A stretch of DNA of 32,000 nucleotides from Synechococcus sp. A15-28 (lineage in GTDB: Bacteria; Cyanobacteriota; Cyanobacteriia; PCC-6307; Cyanobiaceae), in assembly GCF_014280175.1 (NCBI RefSeq), contig NZ_CP047931.1, positions 780,001-812,000 on the forward strand, in the 5' to 3' direction. Shown in pieces: positions 8,414 to 18,179 of the stretch. The position numbers and the translations under genes were made by a program. How positions within the stretch are numbered: position 1 is the stretch's first letter; every line of letters starts with the position of its first letter. The notes under the pieces are model-generated. The model had not been told where the DNA came from, ran no database searches, and was given only the letters and a program-made list of their open reading frames with translations.

Positions 8414-9282
8414 TAGCAGAACCACAGCCACTGCTGAAACAGCAGGTTGCGATGGGATCGCCAGGAGGTCTGGGGGTGGTCGGCATCGAAGTTCTCCGGC
8501 GGCGGCACATCTCCCCGGGCCCGATCCCGTTCCATTTCTCCCAGAATTCGCCCCACGTTGTACTCCGGATGACCGAGGTGCATCAGCTGGCGCTGGTCCG
8601 GTGTTTCGAAAATGGTGTAGCCGACGTTCTGTCCGTAGGCCAGCAGCCTCAGTCGGCCCTGGCGCTGAGCTGACTCCATGGCGCTGTCGGGCAAGCCGGC
8701 GTGGCGGCTCTGAGGACAAAGAAACCGATCGTCCTGGGTCCCCATCAGGGGATGCCCTGGAATCAGGCTCCGCAACGGGTAGATGCCGAACAGCTTGCGA
8801 TCGAACGGCACCTTGTCCACCCCTGCCAGATAGGCGAGAGCAAAGCCGGCCCAGCACAGCCCCAGCGTGCTGGCACAGCTGTGGCGTGCCTCGTCGATCA
8901 GTTCCACCAGTTCCGTCCAGTAGGTGACCTGCTCGAAGGGCAGGTGTTCCACCGGTGCGCCAGTGATGATCAGCCCGTCCAGTGGTCCCTGGGCCAGCGC
9001 TTCCTCCCAGCTCACGTAGAGATCCTTGAGGTGCTCATGATCCCAGCTTTTGTAGGCATGGGAAGCGAGCCGGATCCACACCGGTTCGATCTGCAGAACC
9101 GACAGCCCGAGGGGGTGGAGCAGGTTGAATTCGTACTGCTTGCCCAGGGGCATGATGTTCAGAATGCCGATCCGCAGGGGCCGGATGTCCTGACGCTCCG
9201 CCTGGGCGGGTTCGATCCAGGAGATCCGGTTGCGTTCGACGGCACCGATCTTGTGGTAGTCGCGGGGAAGAATCAGTGCCAT
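8389..9282 (-). CDS. metA: Homoserine O-acyltransferase (MetA family, succinyl/acetyl)
   Basis: Full-length MetA-like sequence: RIGILNIMP, LDGLIITGAPVE, LGLCWAG (active-site Cys), HPEY. Confidence 0.9.
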   Translation of the reverse strand: MALILPRDYHKIGAVERNRISWIEPAQAERQDIRPLRIGILNIMPLGKQYEFNLLHPLGLSVLQIEPVWIRLASHAYKSWDHEHLKDLYVSWEEALAQGPLDGLIITGAPVEHLPFEQVTYWTELVELIDEARHSCASTLGLCWAGFALAYLAGVDKVPFDRKLFGIYPLRSLIPGHPLMGTQDDRFLCPQSRHAGLPDSAMESAQRQGRLRLLAYGQNVGYTIFETPDQRQLMHLGHPEYNVGRILGEMERDRARGDVPPPENFDADHPQTSWRSHRNLLFQQWLWFCYQRVSLSA

Positions 9283-9302
9283 GGGCAGGTCGGCGTCGTC
9301 AA

Positions 9303-10637
<1,335 letters not shown>

Positions 10638-10650
10638 CTATCCCTCTGTT

Positions 10651-11319
10651 CTAGTCATGGGACAGCTCAGGTTTGTCCGTATCCGCCAGCGAGGGGAACG
10701 TGCTGCGGATCAGGTTGTGAATCGCGTCATGGGCTTCGGCGTGGAATCCCCCTCGCGCCTCAGCGCTGAGGATGGGATAGGTGCGGTCGCTGCCATCCCC
10801 GTCCCGCAGGTGTTTCCAGCGGTTGTTCTCCTTCTCCTTCAGAGCATTGAGAGCTGCTTCGAAGTGAAAGGCTTTGACGTTGCCCAGGGCTGCCACCTGG
10901 CTGGCCAGGGTTTCGCGAATCGGAGCCAGGGCCTTGGCTTTCAACGTGTCGGGCAACCCCAGGACCGGTTGGTAGTGATCCAGGATTCTGAGTTCAGCCT
11001 CCAGCATCACCGGCCAGGCACCGGTTTCTCCATCGGCCAGCCCCATGTCGGCTTCCGCCTGCTGCATGGCCTCCAGGTGGAAGCGCAGCCAGCGGTAATA
11101 GGTTTTGTCCTTGATCGGTTTCTTGGCCGCCGCCCGTCCGGACAGAATCGCCGGGAGGGCGTTCTCCGCCTTGCGCAGGAACAGCCGATCCTCCCGCTCG
11201 AGGTTCATCGCCCCCCAGCGCTGGCGATACTCCCAGAGCTCGACATACCGGGACACATCGGGTCCATTCCAGCCCAGACCTTTCAGCTCTTCACCGCGGT
11301 GGGAGAGTTCCTGCGCCAC
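10651..11319 (-). CDS. Conserved-looking hypothetical protein
   Basis: 222-aa ORF with normal composition, in the same strand run as metY 31 bp downstream. No family recognised. Confidence 0.55.
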   Translation of the reverse strand: MAQELSHRGEELKGLGWNGPDVSRYVELWEYRQRWGAMNLEREDRLFLRKAENALPAILSGRAAAKKPIKDKTYYRWLRFHLEAMQQAEADMGLADGETGAWPVMLEAELRILDHYQPVLGLPDTLKAKALAPIRETLASQVAALGNVKAFHFEAALNALKEKENNRWKHLRDGDGSDRTYPILSAEARGGFHAEAHDAIHNLIRSTFPSLADTDKPELSHD

Positions 11320-11363
11320 GCCCTGCTTCGTTTGACGGATTCCTGCAGCGTAGTGGGCAGGCC

Positions 11364-12296
11364 TCAGGACGCCGGTGGACGGCTTTCAGGTTTCTGGCGG
11401 AGGTAGTCCTGAACCGAGATCGGGCGCTGCTGCTGGTAGCCGACGGGAAGCCAGAGGTCGCCGGCGTCAGCGTTGAAGTGAATTTCCCAGTGGTACAGCC
11501 CGGTGTAAGCACGCGGGTCCTCCTTGATCAGGGAGGCATACAGAAGAACGGCGCGTCCGTAGTAGTCACTGTTGTTGTACCCCCAGAGACCACGCCGAAT
11601 GTCCTTGAGACCTCCCCGGCGGACCAGGTAACGAGCGGCGGCCTGAATCGCGTCGTGGGGATCACGGATGTTGCCGGCGCCGATGCCGGGCTCCGCCCAC
11701 GTGGTGGGCAGGAACTGCATCGGTCCCTGGGCATTGGCAACCGACACGCCGTCGATGCGTCCCATGCCGGTTTCGACCAGATTGACCGCCGCCAGCACCT
11801 CCCATTCGATGCCGGTCGCTGCCTCGGCTTTTTTGTAGTAGCTGATGAGCTTGTCGGCAGGCTCCGGCGGAATGATCCGCCAGGCCGGCAGGGTGGAGGG
11901 GCCACGGCCGCGGCTCATGCTCAGGAATTCCCGACGGGCCGCCAGGTGTCGTTCTGCAATGCTCCGCCATTGCGTTGGAAGGGCGGCCAACACCGCAGCC
12001 GAGCGAACGGGGTCCTTGGAGAGCACCCGATAGATCACCTGTTGCCGATGCCCCAGATCCGGCAGATCAGCCTTGGCTGTGGACGGGTCCCGCAGGGCTG
12101 CTTCCACGGATGCCAAAAGGGTGGCGGCGGCCATCGGCTGGGCTGGAACGCCTGGATAGCGCCGTTGAACGGGTGCTGCAGCTGAAAGAGCAGGGCTGTT
12201 GGCGGTTGTGCAGATGCCCTGGTGCATCAGTTCGATGCTGATGGGACCGGCCACAGCCACCAGAGCTGCGGTGATCAGGACGGAATGACGTCCCAT
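11364..12296 (-). CDS. Lytic transglycosylase domain protein (secreted)
   Basis: Signal peptide, then an SLT-like core: LAAVNLVETGMGR (catalytic Glu context), GPMQFLPTTW, AAARYL. Confidence 0.75.
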   Translation of the reverse strand: MGRHSVLITAALVAVAGPISIELMHQGICTTANSPALSAAAPVQRRYPGVPAQPMAAATLLASVEAALRDPSTAKADLPDLGHRQQVIYRVLSKDPVRSAAVLAALPTQWRSIAERHLAARREFLSMSRGRGPSTLPAWRIIPPEPADKLISYYKKAEAATGIEWEVLAAVNLVETGMGRIDGVSVANAQGPMQFLPTTWAEPGIGAGNIRDPHDAIQAAARYLVRRGGLKDIRRGLWGYNNSDYYGRAVLLYASLIKEDPRAYTGLYHWEIHFNADAGDLWLPVGYQQQRPISVQDYLRQKPESRPPAS

Positions 12297-12335
12297 GGCG
12301 GAGCAAAGCCTTTCGGCCGAAGCTACCGGTTCTGC

Positions 12336-12917
12336 CTAGGCCTGCAGGAAGGTGCTGCGGTCGTGGAAGTCGGCCCGGCTGTCGCCATGGCGCAGGGCCC
12401 AGTGACTGATGCCGTTGGCGCCTCGATCCAGCACCGTGGTGAGGGCCAGCTCCGGGCAGCGTTCATCCGGCCACCAGGGGGACAGATCCAGCTGGGCATC
12501 GAGACGAAGCTGGTGATGCCAGCGGCGCAGGGTGACCTCCGGTGGGCTTTGCAGGGGCTGTTGACATTGGCCCGAGCGGTAGCCCTCGAACCGGTAAAGC
12601 GCCCAGTCCCCGTTGGGGGCCAGGTTGATCTCCCAGTAGCCGGGCTGATCCGGAAGGGCGAGAAATGCCTCGAAGCAGGTGGTGGTCCAGAGCTCATCGC
12701 GGCGCTGCCCGGCCACCTGAGGACCATCGATCAGACCGTCAGGCACCACGAGCTCATTAAGGCCGGAAGCCGCGGCAGCCAAGACGCCGAAACTGAGCTC
12801 CAGTTGACCGTTCCGGCTCCAGATCAGTTCACCACTCACCTGGAGCGCCTGGGGAACGGAGCGTTCAAACGGAACCAGGCGGGAGGCCTGAAGCAGCATC
12901 ACGGCGGGGCGTGCCAT
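12336..12917 (-). CDS. DOMON-like / CBM9-like domain protein
   Basis: 193 aa with a beta-rich pattern (YWEINLAPNGDWALYRFEGYR...) recalling DOMON-like carbohydrate-binding folds. The start lies 1 nt after the upstream kinase stop. Confidence 0.5.
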   Translation of the reverse strand: MARPAVMLLQASRLVPFERSVPQALQVSGELIWSRNGQLELSFGVLAAAASGLNELVVPDGLIDGPQVAGQRRDELWTTTCFEAFLALPDQPGYWEINLAPNGDWALYRFEGYRSGQCQQPLQSPPEVTLRRWHHQLRLDAQLDLSPWWPDERCPELALTTVLDRGANGISHWALRHGDSRADFHDRSTFLQA

Positions 12918-12918
12918 C

Positions 12919-14061
12919 TCAGCAACCCGCCAGGCGATGCACCATGGACTTGATCTGCGGGAGCTGCTGCTCGACCGACTCGGTCAGGCGGAACTGCACG
13001 GCAGCTCTCTGGAGGTTGTGGCCGGGACGCTCGGTGCGGAAGTAGACGTCCCCTTCCAGATGATCCGTCAGGAAGCGCAGGCCGAGTTCCAAGGGGATCA
13101 GACGAATGCAGTCCGGAAGGTAGTGCAGATCCCAGTCACTGAGAAAATGTCGAGCCACGGAGAGATAACCCTCAAGGATCGACTCACACAGTTCGAGGTC
13201 GAAGCGCACCGTATGGAGTTGGTCGGTTTCTTCGCCGGAGGGGTTGCAGCAGGAGCGCAGGCAATCGCCGATGTCGTAGTGGACCAGTCCCGGCTTGACG
13301 GTGTCGAGATCGATCAGTCCGACGGCATGCCCGCTGGTTTCATCGATCATCACGTTGTTGATCTTGGGATCGCCGTGGATCGGGCGCTGCTGCAGCTCTC
13401 CGCGTTGAAGAGCAGCTTCCAGAACATCGATGCCGTGACGCCGTGCCTCGATGAAGGCGCCGGCGGCACAAACGCCCGGGCCCTCGGAATGGCACGATTT
13501 GATGACGGTGTCGTAACGGTGCAGATACGCCGGCGTAACATGAAAGTTCTCAAGCGTGTCCTTCAGCTGGTCTGCGGGGAGGTCGCTGATCAGGCTGTGG
13601 AACATGCCCAGCCCGTAGCCCACCTCGCGAGCGTGATTGCGGTCGAGAATCACATCCGTGGTGGTGGCAGCACCGATGTAGGTGATGGAACGCCAGAACT
13701 CTCCGTCCTGCTCCACCCAGTGCCCTTGTTGCCGGCAGCGCACCACCTGGGGCACTTCCCAGCGGCGGCCGCAGAGTTCCGCTGGTGGTGAAGCCAGTCG
13801 TCGCTGAACGTGGTCTCCAAGGGCCACAAGGTTGTGCATCACCAGCTCGGGGCGTTCAAACACACGCCTGCTGAGCCGCTGCAGCACAAAAGAGCCTGCA
13901 GGGCCGCTGGGGCGATGGCCCTGGTGGGTCACCAGGAACGTGTCGTTGACGTTGCCTGACCCGAGGGAGCGGATGGCCGTGATGCGTTCGCGGGGATGAA
14001 AGCGACCCGCGATGGCTTCAACGGCCTGGCTCAAGGGAATCTCAGTGGTCTCAGGCTGCAA
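12919..14061 (-). CDS. Phosphotransferase (APH/ChoK fold), NahK-like anomeric sugar kinase candidate
   Basis: Catalytic loop HGDPKINNVMIDE followed by LIDLDTV (DxD). The H-x-D-x-K-x-N-N-V form resembles N-acetylhexosamine 1-kinase more than aminoglycoside kinases. Confidence 0.65.
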   Translation of the reverse strand: MQPETTEIPLSQAVEAIAGRFHPRERITAIRSLGSGNVNDTFLVTHQGHRPSGPAGSFVLQRLSRRVFERPELVMHNLVALGDHVQRRLASPPAELCGRRWEVPQVVRCRQQGHWVEQDGEFWRSITYIGAATTTDVILDRNHAREVGYGLGMFHSLISDLPADQLKDTLENFHVTPAYLHRYDTVIKSCHSEGPGVCAAGAFIEARRHGIDVLEAALQRGELQQRPIHGDPKINNVMIDETSGHAVGLIDLDTVKPGLVHYDIGDCLRSCCNPSGEETDQLHTVRFDLELCESILEGYLSVARHFLSDWDLHYLPDCIRLIPLELGLRFLTDHLEGDVYFRTERPGHNLQRAAVQFRLTESVEQQLPQIKSMVHRLAGC

Positions 14062-14115
14062 ATGTCGCGCTGATTCGCTGGATCGCCAGGGTCAGGTGTG
14101 CGGAAAGCCAGGCGA

Positions 14116-15630
14116 CTAACCGTCCAGTTGGCTCTCGATGGCCTCCATCAACTGCAGGTACGCCGGCCCGGAACTGCTCGCACCTTCGTCGAGGTTCACC
14201 TCTCCGCGGATGGCGCGTCTGGCGTTATCGGCAATCACGGCATTCACCACCAGATCCAGTGCGTCCGGCACCTCAAGGTTCTGGAGGGCATCGGCGTAGC
14301 GACGACTGTGGCTTGGACGCACCGATTCCTGGCAGTAACTGGACAGCTCACGGCTGTCGGTCATCACCCGATAGGCCGTTTCCTTCACCGCAGGTCGCCC
14401 GTAGAGGGCCATGTACAACAGGTTCACCATCGAGGCGTCGTGGGGGGGGATGGCGTATTTGCGGGCGATCTGAGGCCAGTAGCGCAGAGCCTTCAGACCT
14501 TCCAGACCGCCCCTGGGCAGTCCGGCGGACTCGCAGCTCTGCTCCAGCTCCTCCATGGAGGTGGGACAGCGCTCTTCCCGGCGCATCAGGGTTGCCATCA
14601 CCTGACCCGCCTGAAAGTTGCGGGTTGGCTTGCCGGAGCTGGGTTGCATCATGCTGCCCCTCACATCCGCCACCATCGCCGTCAGCTGGGTGAAGGTGTG
14701 ATCCCTCACTTTCTCAAAGTCGCCATCCCGCACCAACGTGGCTTCGATGCGCGGCACCGCATAGCCCAGTTCGGTGAGGGGAATCGGCTGGCGGTGATAC
14801 AGCTTCTGCCGATCCGGGCGAGCCATGGAGACGGTGGCGGCCTGATCCAGGCATTGATCCAGAAGCAAGGTGAGCAGCGTCGGCAGCACCCCTGGGTTCT
14901 CCTGGTGATAGGCGTAGCCGAACCCGGCAAACACCGATGACATGTTCTTGGCGGCCTTGATGTACTGCCCTTCCACGTTGTGGACCCCTGCCGCCACCTG
15001 AATATTCGGGGAGAGCTGATCGAGCAGCTGAGCCCCCAGCATCGCGATCAGGGCATTGGGGTGGCAGAAGTTGGCCGTGAAGCTGTCGAACGGGTTGCGC
15101 AGGGCTCCGTGGCGGTGGAATCCGGAGAAGAAGGCCAGGTTCGGCTGCTTCTCACAGAGCACATAGGCGGTGTTGCTGATCGGGTCGTGGTTGAAGGACC
15201 CGGCCAGGCAGGCCAGAACCACCTGCTCCCGTCCCAGTTCCTCCCGCAGCCGGCAGGCCTCCAGCAGATCCTCTTCAACATGGTTGCTGTTGGCGCTGAG
15301 AACCACCAGTTCGCAACGCAGGATCAGGTCCTGCAGCGTGTTGGGGACCCGTTCCCCCGAAACGCGATGGGTTCCCATGTCGAGCACCCGCTCGACATGC
15401 TCACCATCCATGCTGTCAACAACCTCCTGAGCGAAGGCTCCCAGCAGCTGCCGGGCAGGGCGAGGGGCCAGCAGCAATCGGCCAGCCTCGTTCTGCATGG
15501 CGCAGTTGTAGGCCAGCGAAGCGGGGTAGAGCCCAACGCTGTAGAACCCCACCTTGCCTGCCATGACTTCACGGACTCGCAAGCGGATCGAGGCCGCATC
15601 CAGGCTCTGATCGAAAAAGGAGTTGCGCAT
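14116..15630 (-). CDS. Atypical glycerol-3-phosphate dehydrogenase (GpsA)-like protein with a long C-terminal extension
   Basis: It aligns by eye to GpsA blocks (LVVLSANSNH vs VVVPSH; NVEGQYIKAAKNMSSVFAGFG vs GVQLGGAVKNVIAIGAG). The dinucleotide loop is degenerate (FYSVGLYPASLA instead of IGAGSWGTALA). At 504 aa it is much longer than the roughly 330 aa usual for GpsA. Confidence 0.55.
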   Translation of the reverse strand: MRNSFFDQSLDAASIRLRVREVMAGKVGFYSVGLYPASLAYNCAMQNEAGRLLLAPRPARQLLGAFAQEVVDSMDGEHVERVLDMGTHRVSGERVPNTLQDLILRCELVVLSANSNHVEEDLLEACRLREELGREQVVLACLAGSFNHDPISNTAYVLCEKQPNLAFFSGFHRHGALRNPFDSFTANFCHPNALIAMLGAQLLDQLSPNIQVAAGVHNVEGQYIKAAKNMSSVFAGFGYAYHQENPGVLPTLLTLLLDQCLDQAATVSMARPDRQKLYHRQPIPLTELGYAVPRIEATLVRDGDFEKVRDHTFTQLTAMVADVRGSMMQPSSGKPTRNFQAGQVMATLMRREERCPTSMEELEQSCESAGLPRGGLEGLKALRYWPQIARKYAIPPHDASMVNLLYMALYGRPAVKETAYRVMTDSRELSSYCQESVRPSHSRRYADALQNLEVPDALDLVVNAVIADNARRAIRGEVNLDEGASSSGPAYLQLMEAIESQLDG

Positions 15631-15687
15631 GGGGGCAGCCTATGAACTCCGCCGTTCAGGAGACTGGGCCGATGCAGCTGCTGGGCC

Positions 15688-16272
15688 ATGACCCTCACCC
15701 TTTACGGCGGTCCCCGAACGCGAGCCTCGATGCCGCGTTGGTACCTCGAGGAGAAGGGAATTCCCTATGAGCTGAAGGAGTTGGACCTGCGGGGAAACCA
15801 GCACCGTCAGCCGGAGTATCTGGCGATCAATCCATTCGGAAAGTTGCCGGCTCTGGTGGACACGTCCTGTCAGGGAATGGACGGCCAACCGCTGACGTTG
15901 TTCGAATCGGGGGCCATCCTCTTGCATCTGGCGGAGCACCATGCCGGTGAGATCACATCGGCATCGCAACGGTCGCTGATCGCGCAATGGCTGTTGTTTG
16001 CCAACGCGACTCTGGCCATTGCCCTGTTCGTGCCCAGCAACCGTGAACGGGAGTTCCCGAGGTTGATGGAGGAACTGAACCGCCAACTCGCGCCTGGTCG
16101 ACCCCTTGTGGGGGATCACTGGGGTGCTGCTGATTGTGCGGTGACGGCCTATCTGGCTTACTTGCCGATCTTCTTTCCCCAGGAGGATCTTTCCCCCTAT
16201 CCGGCGATTCAGAGCCTGATCACCAGCACGCAGCAGCGACCGGCCTACCGCAAGGTGATGGGCATGGCTTGA
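15688..16272 (+). CDS. Glutathione S-transferase
   Basis: N-terminal thioredoxin-like GST motif (INPFGKLPALVD...LFESGAILLHLAE), 194 aa. Confidence 0.8.
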   Translation: MTLTLYGGPRTRASMPRWYLEEKGIPYELKELDLRGNQHRQPEYLAINPFGKLPALVDTSCQGMDGQPLTLFESGAILLHLAEHHAGEITSASQRSLIAQWLLFANATLAIALFVPSNREREFPRLMEELNRQLAPGRPLVGDHWGAADCAVTAYLAYLPIFFPQEDLSPYPAIQSLITSTQQRPAYRKVMGMA

Positions 16273-16307
16273 GCAAACGCGGTTTAGTGCGGAAAAGGTT
16301 CCTTGTG

Positions 16308-16787
16308 ATGCCGTCGTCCCGTCAGGAGTTGCTGTTCGCTTATCGCTGGCCGATCGCCCTGGTGGGGTCGAGCCTGATCCTGGGAGGAGCTGTTCTGGTT
16401 CTGGCGCAAACGGCGGTGCGATTGCTGAGCCAGCCGATTCCGATCGCGATTGAAGGTGGTCTGCAGGTGGACAAGCTGGTGCTGCCGCCGACGGTGAACA
16501 TCAGCAGCGCAACCCCGCTACCCGTTGTGGTGAATGACCCCGTGTCTGTCGCGAACAAGCATCCACTGACGATCAGAGGTCCGCTGACGGTGAAGGCGCT
16601 GCAGGGAACGGTGCAGGTGAAGGGGGATGTGCAGGCCAAAGCTCAGGTGACCTCGATCGAGACGCCAGTGACCGTTCAGGGCGAGGTGTCCGTCAAGGAC
16701 CCGCTCAGCATCAAGGGCAAGGTGACGGTGGACGGCAAGGTGGGTGCCAAGGTGAAACCAACTCTCCTTCCGATGCCGATCAAGTAA
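16308..16787 (+). CDS. Membrane-anchored protein with V/K/G-rich beta-strand repeats
   Basis: I chose start ATG 16308 because the ORF-track start 16134 overlaps the GST gene. One TM helix (WPIALVGSSLILGGAVLVLA) is followed by reiterated P-x-x-V-x-G-x-V-x-V-K segments. Confidence 0.55.
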   Translation: MPSSRQELLFAYRWPIALVGSSLILGGAVLVLAQTAVRLLSQPIPIAIEGGLQVDKLVLPPTVNISSATPLPVVVNDPVSVANKHPLTIRGPLTVKALQGTVQVKGDVQAKAQVTSIETPVTVQGEVSVKDPLSIKGKVTVDGKVGAKVKPTLLPMPIK

Positions 16788-16812
16788 CGGCTTTCTGGGA
16801 AGGACAGCCCAT

Positions 16813-18147
16813 TCAGGTCGATTGATTCCGTGGCGCCTGGCCATCGCCGACCAGCAGACCTCGTTCCCAGCGCTTGGTCTGCCTCAGGCCGAGGGCTCCG
16901 GTGGCACTGACGATCAGGCCGATGCTGATGAGCCACCAGCCTCCATTGAGGCCAATGAGAATGGCTCCTGCCCACAACAACCCCCAGCAGACCGGTTGAG
17001 CCCGACGGATCCAGATCAGCGCTGTTGAGCAGCTGCGGCAGTGGATGGTGTGGGAGTGGTAACGGTCCATCAACGCCTCTGTCGGCTGACGGTCTGGCAG
17101 CGGCTGGCCGGCAAACGGCTCGCCGCCGTTGTTGTTGATCCAGCGATGCAACGCAGCCACGTAGACGTCTGCAGCCGTCGGCAGGAAAAAAGCCCGTTCG
17201 GCGAACGCACTGCCCCCTGCGGCTGCCAGGGTGCGCTCCTGCCAGTGCAGGAAGACCTGATCGTCCTCCAGCACCTTGTGGTTGCCGATGTGCTGCAGCC
17301 AGCGGGGTCGCAGACCGATCAGCAGCCTTGGCAGAGCTGACTGGAACTGGAACGGGAAACGCGCAAACAGGCGGCATTCGCCGCGACGGATCGGTACGGC
17401 GTAAACCACGGTGAGGATGCGACCGAAACCCTTGGCGGTGAGGTCGTGCCACATCAGCTGCGGTGCCAGGAAGGTGGTGGACTGGGCGCCGAGCTTGCCC
17501 CGCCGTGGCCCCTCCTCCCAGTAAGCCCTGAAGCCGCTGGCGTCTTCCTCCGTGATCGTGGCCTCCACCGGTGCTGCGTTGTCCCGCTTGCCAACGGTTT
17601 TGTGGTGGGTGAAGGGCACGTGGCTCACATCCAGCACGTTCTCCAGCAGGGTGACGGCGTCCATGGGCAGGTCGCGGAACGTGTCCTGCACCGTCCAGCT
17701 GTCGGGGTTCTCCTCCAGTGCCGGCACCAGCGGCAGTTGCTTGGGATCTGCGCTGTCCGGGGCGCCCATCCACACAAACAGCAGCCCTTGAGTGCTGGCG
17801 GTCGGCAGGCTGGCGCAGCGGGAGCGCCGACTGTCCGGTTGGGTGTTCTCCAGGGCCTGGGGGATCAGACGACACTGGCCCTCACCGTCGAAACTCCAAC
17901 CGTGGTACGGGCATTCGAGCTGACCTGCCTCGTTGATGCGCCCCTCACTCAAGGGAACGAGCCGATGGGGACAGACGTCGGGAAAGACGCGCCAGCAGTC
18001 CTCCATGCGGTCCCACCAGATGACCAGATCGCGCTCCAGCAGGGTGAAGCGATTGGGCCGTTTCGGATCCAGATCCGTCAGGTAGCTGATCGGCCACCAC
18101 TGCTCTGTCCAGGTGGGATGCATCGTCTGGCCGAACAATGGGGCCAT
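16813..18147 (-). CDS. Rieske [2Fe-2S] oxygenase, pheophorbide a oxygenase (PaO/Lls1)-like
   Basis: Rieske motifs CPHRLVPLSEG and CPYHGWSF. PaO-type C-terminal region with CRSC and terminal TM helices. Confidence 0.85.
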   Translation of the reverse strand: MAPLFGQTMHPTWTEQWWPISYLTDLDPKRPNRFTLLERDLVIWWDRMEDCWRVFPDVCPHRLVPLSEGRINEAGQLECPYHGWSFDGEGQCRLIPQALENTQPDSRRSRCASLPTASTQGLLFVWMGAPDSADPKQLPLVPALEENPDSWTVQDTFRDLPMDAVTLLENVLDVSHVPFTHHKTVGKRDNAAPVEATITEEDASGFRAYWEEGPRRGKLGAQSTTFLAPQLMWHDLTAKGFGRILTVVYAVPIRRGECRLFARFPFQFQSALPRLLIGLRPRWLQHIGNHKVLEDDQVFLHWQERTLAAAGGSAFAERAFFLPTAADVYVAALHRWINNNGGEPFAGQPLPDRQPTEALMDRYHSHTIHCRSCSTALIWIRRAQPVCWGLLWAGAILIGLNGGWWLISIGLIVSATGALGLRQTKRWERGLLVGDGQAPRNQST

Positions 18148-18179
18148 GATCGCCAGGTTTGTTCGTCGCCGCGTCCGTC

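Noticed and set aside
16676-17875. 399-aa minus-strand ORF, plus similar long ORFs at 20407-21339, 8078-8857, 23446-24210, 31090-31917, 12937-13791, 14098-14940, 10630-11406, 2160-2837 and 5183-5929
   Set aside because: They are Arg/Pro/Gly/Ala-rich, low-complexity translations in alternative or antisense frames of ORFs that carry clear family motifs. This is the expected artefact of stop-codon depletion in GC-rich DNA.
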